Assembly: GCF_913061305.1 (NCBI RefSeq)
Contig: NZ_CAJXST010000004.1
Location: forward strand, 278,860-302,859
DNA from: an uncultured Porticoccus sp.
Lineage (GTDB): Bacteria; Pseudomonadota; Gammaproteobacteria; Pseudomonadales; Porticoccaceae
Direction of reading: 5' to 3'
DNA: 24,000 nt
Shown here: in pieces, positions 6,880-14,025 of the stretch
Layout of the letters: each line of letters begins with the position of its first letter
Position numbering within the stretch: position 1 is the stretch's first letter
Notes under the pieces: generated by a model
Seen by the model: the letters and a program-made list of their open reading frames with translations, nothing else
What the model was told of the DNA's origin: nothing
The model's database searches: none
Made by a program: the position numbers and the translations under genes

Positions 6880-9156
6880 ATGAATAACGAAACAAACAAT
6901 TCAGCTTTGCAAGATCAGGAGCTGATCGAAAAATTCCTCAAGGATACTACCCTTTTTCTGGGGCCCGATCCCGAGATCATGCGCGACCACCGCATCATGC
7001 CGCGCACGCCCGAAGAAGAAAAGGCGATGGAAGCTTTCACCGACCTCAACCAGATCGCCTCCATTCGCGACCGACTTCAGTCTGCCTGTGAAGAAGGTTT
7101 TGAAATGGTTGAGCAGATGGGTGCAGCTCCCGGTGCCAAGTGGGGTGACATTATCACCGGTATCTACTCGGCGTCTGGTGACCTCACGATCGGTAGTGCC
7201 GGCGGGGTATTGATCTTCTCCGCACTGGTTCACCACCCGATCAAGTTCATCATCAAGAACTGGATCGATGAAAAAACCGTAGGCGTCAGTGCGGGTGATG
7301 GCTTCATCCACAATGACTCCCGCTATGGCAACGTGCACAACACCGACCAGAGTATGATTCTGCCGGTATTCCACGAAGGCAAGCTGGTTTGCTGGGTGGC
7401 ATCCACTGTTCACGAAGGTGAGTGTGGTGCGATTGAGCCGGGCGGCATGCCTTCCATGGCGGAAACCTCCTTTGACGAAGGCCTGAAAATGTCTCCGTTC
7501 AAAGTGGTGGAAAACTACGAGATCAAGCGAGACCTGCTGACCTTCCTGCAGAATTCCGTGCGCGAGCCAAAGCTGCAATATGAAGACATGAAGGTAAAAC
7601 TGTTTGCCTGTATGCGTCTCGAAAAGCGTATCAAGGAAGTTCTGTCCACTGACGGTCCGGAAGCTCTGACCGCCTGTCTGCGTTACACCAACGAGAGTGT
7701 GGTAACTGAAGTCCGTCGCCGCATTTCCGAGTGGCCCGACATGACCGTGCGCACTCAGACCATCATGGATAGCACCCTGCGCGAAAATGCGCTGCTGAAA
7801 GTCAACCTGGCGGTGATCAAGAAAGGTGATCGGCTCATTTTTGATTTCTCTGGCACCAGCCCCGAGCTGACCAACCGGGCTATCAACACCCAGTTGCCCG
7901 GCATGAAGGGCATGGTGGGTCAGGCCTTCATGAACCACATCTGGCCGGATCTGCCCCGTGGTCAGGCGGGTCTGTCGCCCGTGGAGTTCGTGACTCAGCC
8001 CGGTACCCTGGTGGACTGTTCCTACTCAGCGCCAAACTCCCAGAGTCTGATGTCCATCTTCCACAGCTTTACAGTGGCCCAGCACGCCTGCGCCAAATTC
8101 CTGTACAGCTGTCCGGACAAGTACACCCGTGTACTGGCGCCCTGGCACAACATGATCAACACCTTCATCTGGGGTGGTGTCAACCAGCACGGTGAAACCC
8201 TGGGCAACCTCTGTGCCGACCTGAACGGTATGGGCGGCGGTGCTCGTATGGACCGCGATGGTGAACACGCGCTGTCGCCAATCTTTGCCACCATGGCGGA
8301 TATCGGTGAACAGGAAATGAACGAGGAAGAAGTTCCGTTCCTGCAACTGGTGTCCAAGAAAATGACGGCCAACACTCAGGCACCCGGCAAATACCGCGGC
8401 GGCATGGGTTACACCATGATCGCGGCCACCAAGGACAGTGAGCAGTGGGGCTTCATGACCACCACTCAGGGTTCCAAGGTGCCTACGATCCAGGGTCTGT
8501 TTGGCGGCTATGCCGGTGGTTCTTATCCCCTGTGTAAAGTTCAGGGTGTAGACGTGTATGAAGTTTTGCTGGAAAATCCGCAACTGTTCAAACACAGCAT
8601 CCACGAGATCATGAATGAGCAGCCGTTCCCGGATGCCAGATACACCACCCACCACATGGGTATGGGTTTTGACATTTCCAAACGCGGTGAGCTTTACATG
8701 ATCTCCCAGGGTAGTGGCGGCGGTTATGGTGACCCCCTCGAACGCGACCCCTTGTATGTCATCATGGATATTGAGGAAGGTTTGATTTCTCCCGAGTGGG
8801 CGAAAAAACTCTACAAGGTGGAGTTCAACGAAACCACTCTGGTCGTGGATAATGAGGCTACCGAAAAACTGCGTGCCGAGTATCGCGAGCAACGGAAAAA
8901 GCAGGGCGTGCCCTATGCCGAGTTCGTCAAGACTCAGGTCAAGGATCATCCACCCGAGAACATTCCGTTCTATGGTGCCTGGAATGGTGACAACGAGGTG
9001 ATTTATGCCGGCAGTCTCGACGACAAGCGCGATGCTCAAAACCCCGGCCCGATCTACGTCACCCATCCAAAAGACGTGAGAATTGCCGAACTGGAAGCCA
9101 AGCTGGCAGCGGCCAGGAAAGACGCTGGTCTCCCGCCCGAGAACGAAAGGAAATAG
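6880..9156 (+). CDS. Hydantoinase B / oxoprolinase (HyuB) family protein; catalytic large subunit of the ketone carboxylase (AcxB / Apc-beta type)
   Basis: The track start is TTG 6874. I prefer ATG 6880 because AGGGG at 6866..6870 is then about 9 nt upstream. The product is 758 aa. The HyuB-type C-terminal signature SQGSGGGYGDPLERDP is followed by DIEEGLIS, and the protein is homolog-like throughout. Confidence 0.9.
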   Translation: MNNETNNSALQDQELIEKFLKDTTLFLGPDPEIMRDHRIMPRTPEEEKAMEAFTDLNQIASIRDRLQSACEEGFEMVEQMGAAPGAKWGDIITGIYSASGDLTIGSAGGVLIFSALVHHPIKFIIKNWIDEKTVGVSAGDGFIHNDSRYGNVHNTDQSMILPVFHEGKLVCWVASTVHEGECGAIEPGGMPSMAETSFDEGLKMSPFKVVENYEIKRDLLTFLQNSVREPKLQYEDMKVKLFACMRLEKRIKEVLSTDGPEALTACLRYTNESVVTEVRRRISEWPDMTVRTQTIMDSTLRENALLKVNLAVIKKGDRLIFDFSGTSPELTNRAINTQLPGMKGMVGQAFMNHIWPDLPRGQAGLSPVEFVTQPGTLVDCSYSAPNSQSLMSIFHSFTVAQHACAKFLYSCPDKYTRVLAPWHNMINTFIWGGVNQHGETLGNLCADLNGMGGGARMDRDGEHALSPIFATMADIGEQEMNEEEVPFLQLVSKKMTANTQAPGKYRGGMGYTMIAATKDSEQWGFMTTTQGSKVPTIQGLFGGYAGGSYPLCKVQGVDVYEVLLENPQLFKHSIHEIMNEQPFPDARYTTHHMGMGFDISKRGELYMISQGSGGGYGDPLERDPLYVIMDIEEGLISPEWAKKLYKVEFNETTLVVDNEATEKLRAEYREQRKKQGVPYAEFVKTQVKDHPPENIPFYGAWNGDNEVIYAGSLDDKRDAQNPGPIYVTHPKDVRIAELEAKLAAARKDAGLPPENERK

Positions 9157-9157
9157 T

Positions 9158-10018
9158 ATGGCTTTAGAACTTACGTCCTATCTGGCAGCCGGGGGGGAAA
9201 CCCCCCGGCTTTGGATTAATTTCAACGACTACACCAAAAAACTATTGCTGGGCAAGGATGAAAATCCCTGGACCAACCCCGCTGCCTATATGTCGTTTTA
9301 TCGTCAGGCTCACGGTCTGGTGAAAGCCCAGGTAGTTGTTATCGATGTGTGGGACCTGTTTCAGCACTGGATCAGGGAAGACGCGGAGGCACTGCCGGCC
9401 ATGGCGGGCAAGCGGCGGGTCACTGCCGCCCTGAAAGCCATGCTGGAAGCCTATGCACCGCGTGAACTGTTGGCAGAGGTCATCACGGCCCTGGCCAATA
9501 ACTACAGCAGTTCTGCCCCTCTGGTCATGGTGCTGCCATCCCCCCGTGCGCTGCTGGTCAAGGCTCATCAGGCCGCCAACGGCGAGACTGCCGAGCCGGA
9601 TGAAATGAGCGTCGATACGGCAGCAATGTACGTGGCCGATTTCCTGCGTTATTTCAGCGAAACCGAGCTCTCCGGTGTGTTGCTGGTGGAAGATCCCGCA
9701 CTGATGCCTGCCAGCGGTGCTGAGTTGACCTGGTATCAGCCCGTTTATAACGTAGCAAAACACTACCGCTGGTCTGTGGGGCTGTATCTGCCCACAGCGG
9801 ATGCCGATTTCGATGTGCCCGCAGATCTGGCCTTTACCATTGCCCCGGCGACATCGCCGTTGGGGGCCACATCCAAAGGTGTCGAAGTGACAGACCTGCT
9901 CTGGGGTGATCAGGCGGGCCAATCGCTACCATCGGTGGAGGGATTTTATTACCTGACTATTCCGCCGGATGCGAAACCCGAGTTGGTACTTGATACCCTG
10001 TCGAGCCTGAAGGGTTAA
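9158..10018 (+). CDS. Hypothetical protein (286 aa), tightly coupled to the carboxylase genes; possible accessory (epsilon-like) subunit
   Basis: The track ORF 9083..10018 overlaps the upstream gene. I prefer ATG 9158 (MALELTSYLAAGG...), which is 1 nt after the TAG stop and has AAGGA about 9 nt upstream. It has no motif I can assign and no signal peptide or TM segment. Its codon usage and composition resemble its neighbours. Confidence 0.6.
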   Translation: MALELTSYLAAGGETPRLWINFNDYTKKLLLGKDENPWTNPAAYMSFYRQAHGLVKAQVVVIDVWDLFQHWIREDAEALPAMAGKRRVTAALKAMLEAYAPRELLAEVITALANNYSSSAPLVMVLPSPRALLVKAHQAANGETAEPDEMSVDTAAMYVADFLRYFSETELSGVLLVEDPALMPASGAELTWYQPVYNVAKHYRWSVGLYLPTADADFDVPADLAFTIAPATSPLGATSKGVEVTDLLWGDQAGQSLPSVEGFYYLTIPPDAKPELVLDTLSSLKG

Positions 10019-10046
10019 CCGGATCCAGTCGTAAGCGAGGCCCATC

Positions 10047-11612
10047 ATGCGTCTAGTCGATTTTCTCGATCAGAGTCCTGCCCTGTCCTCAGAGAAAGCG
10101 AAGTTTGTCGATCTGGACAATGATCTGTCGCTGAGCTATCGGCAAATGGTCGATGCCTCGGTCAAGATTGCCGCGTTGTTAAAGGAACGGGGGGTGAAGC
10201 GACAGGACATCGTCGCTACCTACGCCCCCAATTCCGTGGCGGCCTTCTGCTGCATCTTCGCCATTTCCCGGGCGGGTGCTGTCTGGTTGCCGCTGAATAT
10301 GCGCAACACCTTTGAGGCCAACCGCAAATTGATTGAAAAATCCGGTGCGGTAAAACTCTTTGTGGACGGCAGCGTCGCCACCGCTTTTCCTGAACTGTCC
10401 GACACTTTTCCCGATGATCAGCTCATTGAACTCAATGGCCAGCGTGTCGCCGGTATTGATCTTCGTGCGCTTTCCGGTCAGGCATCGGTCGTCGATTCGG
10501 AAAGCGATGTGGATGACGGGGCAGGGCTGGTCAACCTGTTTGCCACTGGGGGCACCACTGGCGACTCCAAGCTGGCGGAGTGGGGAAGTCTCACCTGGGA
10601 TACGCTTTCGGCGATTCAGAATGAATTGATGCCTTTGCCTGAGATTCCCGCCTGCTATCTGGTGGCGGCTCCCATGACCCATGCCGCCGGTATAGCCGCT
10701 TTCGAAGTGATTCGCCAGGGTGCCAACGTTGTCGTGATGGAGGGCATGGTGCCGGAGAGACTGCTGGCCACTATCGAAACCCATCGGGTCACCCACCTGT
10801 TCATGCCGCCCACCGCGATCTACATGTTACTGGCCCATCCTCGGGTGAAAGCCTGGGATTACAGCAGCCTGCGTTATTTCTGGTATGCGGCGGCACCGAT
10901 GTCGGTGGAAAAGCTCAAGGAAGCCATTGACGTTTTCGGGCCGGTGATGGTGCAGACCTACGGTCAGGCTGAAGCGCCGATGCTCTGTACCTTCCTCTCC
11001 GCCGAAGATCACGTGCTGGCGCTGGAAGGCAACAACCCCTCCATACTGCGTTCCTGTGGCAAGACATCGCCTCACGTCGAGGTGGCCGTTATGGATGACG
11101 AGGGCAACCTTCTCGAGCCGGGGCAGGAGGGAGAAATTGCCATCAGGGGCAACCTGCTGATGCGGGCCTATTACCGGAATCCTGAAGCTACCGAAGCGAT
11201 CCGCTGCGAGGGCGGCTGGCAGCGCTCCGGAGACATCGGCGTTTTTGATGAGCAGGGTTACCTGGCGATTGTCGACCGCAAGCGGGACATGATCATTTCC
11301 GGTGGCTTTAATGTCTACCCCAGCGAAATCGAGCAGTTGCTCTGGGGGCATTCGGCGATCAAGGACTGTGCCGTGATCGGTATCCCCGATGAAAAATGGG
11401 GCGAGCAGGTTACCGCAGTGGTGGAATTAAAGGATAAATCCCAATCGCCGGACGAGCAGGAGATTATTCAATACTGCAAAAGCAAGCTGGGTAGCGTCAA
11501 GGCACCCAAGCAGGTTCTGTTCTGGGATGAGCTGCCGCGCAGTCCCGTTGGCAAGGTTCTGAAAAAAGAAATTCGCAAGGTTTTCTGGGAGGCGGCGGGT
11601 CGCAAGATCTGA
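10047..11612 (+). CDS. Acyl-CoA synthetase / AMP-dependent ligase (class I adenylate-forming enzyme); candidate beta-ketoacid-CoA ligase
   Basis: 521-aa ORF. Motifs are ATGGTTGDSK (P-loop-like A3), YGQAE (A5), SGDIG...DRKRDMIISGGFNVYP (A7/A8) and PRSPVGKVLKKE (A10 Lys). Confidence 0.9.
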   Translation: MRLVDFLDQSPALSSEKAKFVDLDNDLSLSYRQMVDASVKIAALLKERGVKRQDIVATYAPNSVAAFCCIFAISRAGAVWLPLNMRNTFEANRKLIEKSGAVKLFVDGSVATAFPELSDTFPDDQLIELNGQRVAGIDLRALSGQASVVDSESDVDDGAGLVNLFATGGTTGDSKLAEWGSLTWDTLSAIQNELMPLPEIPACYLVAAPMTHAAGIAAFEVIRQGANVVVMEGMVPERLLATIETHRVTHLFMPPTAIYMLLAHPRVKAWDYSSLRYFWYAAAPMSVEKLKEAIDVFGPVMVQTYGQAEAPMLCTFLSAEDHVLALEGNNPSILRSCGKTSPHVEVAVMDDEGNLLEPGQEGEIAIRGNLLMRAYYRNPEATEAIRCEGGWQRSGDIGVFDEQGYLAIVDRKRDMIISGGFNVYPSEIEQLLWGHSAIKDCAVIGIPDEKWGEQVTAVVELKDKSQSPDEQEIIQYCKSKLGSVKAPKQVLFWDELPRSPVGKVLKKEIRKVFWEAAGRKI

Positions 11613-11703
11613 ACCGTTCCCGTCTCGGCTGCGTTTTTTATACACCTGTTGGCCGGGGCTGAAACACTTAACCATCTGTCTGTAATAGTAGTGAGGATAT
11701 ATT

Positions 11704-12969
11704 GTGAAGGTTAGTATTGTTGGTGCGTATAACAGCAAGTTTGGTGCGTTCGTCAAACGCGACCGTGAAACCGGTGAGGTCGAGGACCTCAAATCCTTTT
11801 ATGAATTGCTGACAGAAGCGGGGGCGGGTGCCATCGCTGATGCCGGGCTGGAAGCAAAGGACATCGATGCCATCTGGGTCGGTGCCTGCTCTCCATCCCT
11901 GTTCGTGAATCAGGAACACGTCGGGCCGCTGGCGCTGGAGATTGATCCCGAAGGGTTGCTGTTCAAGCCCACCACCCGCACCGAAGGAGCCTGTGCCACC
12001 TCCTCCCTGGCCATCTACAATGCCGCCTACGCGGTGGCCTCCGGCCGGTTCAAAAATGTGCTGGCGATTGGTGTCGAGAAAATGAACACCCTGAATACCG
12101 CCGGGGTGACCCATGCGCTGTCCTGTTGCTCCTACTGGCCGGAAGAGGGTAACAGGGGCATGACCTTCCCCGGTTTGTTTGCCGAACTGGGCAAGGCTTA
12201 CCAGGAGAAAGAAGAACTGTCCCCCGAACAGTTGCGCATCATGTTGGCCCACGTCAGTGCCCTGAACTACCGCAACGGTATCCAGAATCCACTGGCGCAT
12301 TTTGGCCCCGGTAGCATACCGGACATCAACAAGTTGACTACCGCCGAGGCGATCCTCAACCTGCCGGAATCGGGTAAGGGTAGCAACCCGATGATTGCCC
12401 CGCCATTGCGTCTGCACGATTGCTCACTGATTACCGATGGGGCGGCCGCCGTGGTGCTCACTTCAAGCGACAACGCCAAAGCCAGTTTCAATCATGCCGT
12501 TGAGCTGTCCGGTATCGGCCATGTGACCGATCGAATGATGCTCAAGGAGCGTATCGGCCGCCTGCATGAGCTTCGCGCCACTTGCCACGCCGTCGACCTG
12601 GCCCTGAAAGAGGCGGGTGCCACCGTGGATGATCTCGATCTGGCGGAGGTGCATGACTGCTTCACTATCAACCAACTTCTCTGCGTCGAAGCCATTGGCC
12701 TGTCCGAGTCGGGTCGTGCCGGTTACGATTTCATGAGTGGTAAATACGACCCTGACAGCGACTGTCCTATCAACCTGTCCGGTGGTCTGAAATCCAAGGG
12801 GCACCCGGTGGGTGCCACAGGGGCATCGATGCACGCGCTGGTCTACAAACAACTGGTGGGCGAACCGATCGGGGTGGCGGCAAAGGGCAATCCCGAAGTG
12901 GCGATGACCGTTAACATCGGTGGTTCCGGTGTGACCAACTGTGTCTCGGTGATGCGCCGACTCAAGTAG
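11704..12969 (+). CDS. Thiolase-fold protein (SCP-x / nonspecific-lipid-transfer-type thiolase subfamily); candidate beta-ketoacyl-CoA thiolase
   Basis: 421-aa ORF with a GTG start and GAGGA 7 nt upstream. The N-terminus is MKVSIVGAYNSKFG. The nucleophile context is EGACATSSLA. EVHDCFTINQL and GGLKSKGHPVGATG blocks are typical of this thiolase subfamily. Confidence 0.85.
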   Translation: MKVSIVGAYNSKFGAFVKRDRETGEVEDLKSFYELLTEAGAGAIADAGLEAKDIDAIWVGACSPSLFVNQEHVGPLALEIDPEGLLFKPTTRTEGACATSSLAIYNAAYAVASGRFKNVLAIGVEKMNTLNTAGVTHALSCCSYWPEEGNRGMTFPGLFAELGKAYQEKEELSPEQLRIMLAHVSALNYRNGIQNPLAHFGPGSIPDINKLTTAEAILNLPESGKGSNPMIAPPLRLHDCSLITDGAAAVVLTSSDNAKASFNHAVELSGIGHVTDRMMLKERIGRLHELRATCHAVDLALKEAGATVDDLDLAEVHDCFTINQLLCVEAIGLSESGRAGYDFMSGKYDPDSDCPINLSGGLKSKGHPVGATGASMHALVYKQLVGEPIGVAAKGNPEVAMTVNIGGSGVTNCVSVMRRLK

Positions 12970-12980
12970 CACTTTCCTCC

Positions 12981-13027
12981 CTGACAGGGTGCGGGCCGGT
13001 CACCGGCTCGCCCCTGCCAGTTTTTTT
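12981..13027 (+). terminator. Rho-independent terminator ending the carboxylase / ligase / thiolase operon
   Basis: A long GC-rich hairpin spans 12981..13020 (ctgacagggtgcgggccgg-tca-ccggctcgcccctgccag). It has about 17 pairs including one G-U, one bulge and one mismatch. T7 follows immediately at 13021..13027. Confidence 0.7.
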
Positions 13028-13232
13028 GTCCTCTCCCTGTCGTCCCAAAAAGTCTTGATTCCAATCAAACTTCCTGAACTTTTGTTGTCACAGTATTTGT
13101 TTTCCTGTGGGCTTGGTTTAATAATTGTCCCGTGGGTTATGATAGAGCTGGTTCCGGCAAGTTGTTTCGTACCGCACGCCTGGAACCGGTAGTTGTAGAT
13201 GTAGCAAGAATAAAAAATCAGGAGATGATGAG

Positions 13233-13955
13233 ATGCCAAAAGTAGCACTGGTGACTGGGGGAACAAGAGGTATCGGTGAAGTCATTGCTATTGAGCTCAA
13301 GGAGGCGGGCTATCTGACGGTGGCCAATTACGGAGGCAACGATGAACGGGCTCGCGAGTTCAGGGAGCGAACCGGTATTCCCACCTACAAGTTTGATGTA
13401 TCCGATTTCGATGCCTGTAAAAACGGTATCGAAACGATAGAGCGCGATATCGGACCTGTCTCCATTCTGGTCAATAACGCGGGGATCACCCGCGATGGCA
13501 CTTTGCACAAAATGTCCCGGCAATCCTGGCAGGAGGTGCTGGATACCAATCTGGGTTCCTGTTTCAACATGAGCCGCTGTGTGATCGAGGGCATGCGTGA
13601 GCGCCGCTTTGGCCGTATCGTTAATATCGGCTCACTGAACGGTCAGGCAGGGCAGTATGGGCAGGTCAACTACGCTGCGGCAAAGTCCGGTATTCACGGC
13701 TTTACCAAGGCGCTGGCGCTGGAAGGTGCGGGCATGGGGATTACAGTCAATGCGGTGGCCCCCGGCTATGTGGAAACCGATATGGTGAGGGCCGTGCCCG
13801 CCGCTGTGCTGGAAAAAATTGTCGCCCGTATTCCCGTTGGTCGGCTGGGCTCCGCCCACGATATCGCCCGGGGCGTATTGTTTCTGGTGTCCGATGAGAG
13901 CGGTTTCATTACTGGCTCCACCCTGTCCATCAACGGTGGTCAGCATATGTACTAG
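13233..13955 (+). CDS. phbB: Acetoacetyl-CoA reductase (NADPH-dependent short-chain dehydrogenase, PhbB/PhaB type)
   Basis: 240-aa ORF with GGAG 8 nt upstream. It has TGGTRGIG, NNAGIT and YAAAK (catalytic Y-x3-K). Along its length it resembles the roughly 241-aa PhbB sequences I remember (VALVTGG.RGIG ... GRIVNI.S.NGQ.GQ.GQ.NY.AAK ... ITVN...PGY..T.MV.A.P ... IPVGRLG ... FITGST.S.NGGQ). Confidence 0.85.
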   Translation: MPKVALVTGGTRGIGEVIAIELKEAGYLTVANYGGNDERAREFRERTGIPTYKFDVSDFDACKNGIETIERDIGPVSILVNNAGITRDGTLHKMSRQSWQEVLDTNLGSCFNMSRCVIEGMRERRFGRIVNIGSLNGQAGQYGQVNYAAAKSGIHGFTKALALEGAGMGITVNAVAPGYVETDMVRAVPAAVLEKIVARIPVGRLGSAHDIARGVLFLVSDESGFITGSTLSINGGQHMY

Positions 13956-13966
13956 TTTCGACGCGG

Positions 13967-13998
13967 CCCCGGTCAACAACGCCCTGGTTGTGACGGGG
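13967..13998 (+). terminator. GC-rich hairpin between the convergent phbB-like and regulator genes; possible terminator
   Basis: CCCCGGTCAACAAC (13967..13980) pairs with GTTGTGACGGGG (13987..13998), giving 12 pairs with two single-nt bulges. Only an interrupted U-rich tail (GTTGTTGT) follows on the + strand, and there is none on the - strand. Confidence 0.3.
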
Positions 13999-14025
13999 GT
14001 TGTTGTCGGCGGGGCGGGCTGCTGA

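Noticed and set aside
6901-9066. Two very long antisense ORFs (6901..7938, 345 aa; 8026..9066, 346 aa) opposite the HyuB-type gene
   Set aside because: They lie entirely inside a strongly supported plus-strand CDS. Their translations are low-complexity (rich in G, V, H, R and T), have no motif I can assign, and lack convincing ribosome-binding sites. This is the typical shadow-ORF behaviour of GC-rich third codon positions.
11613-11640. T6 tract after the CoA-ligase stop, considered as a terminator separating the ligase from the thiolase
   Set aside because: I could not find a stem longer than about 5 bp (and that one has a loop of more than 20 nt) preceding the T-run. It is more likely read through, so the thiolase is kept in the operon.
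11668-12972. Antisense ORFs 11668..12417 (249 aa) and 12463..12972 (169 aa) opposite the thiolase gene
   Set aside because: The reasoning is the same: the thiolase frame has catalytic motifs and the antisense frames have none.
12989-13192. 67-aa plus-strand ORF (and minus-strand 88- and 60-aa ORFs) in the thiolase-phbB gap
   Set aside because: The plus-strand ORF starts inside the terminator hairpin. None has a ribosome-binding site, and the sequences are hydrophobic low-complexity. The region is better explained as terminator plus promoter.
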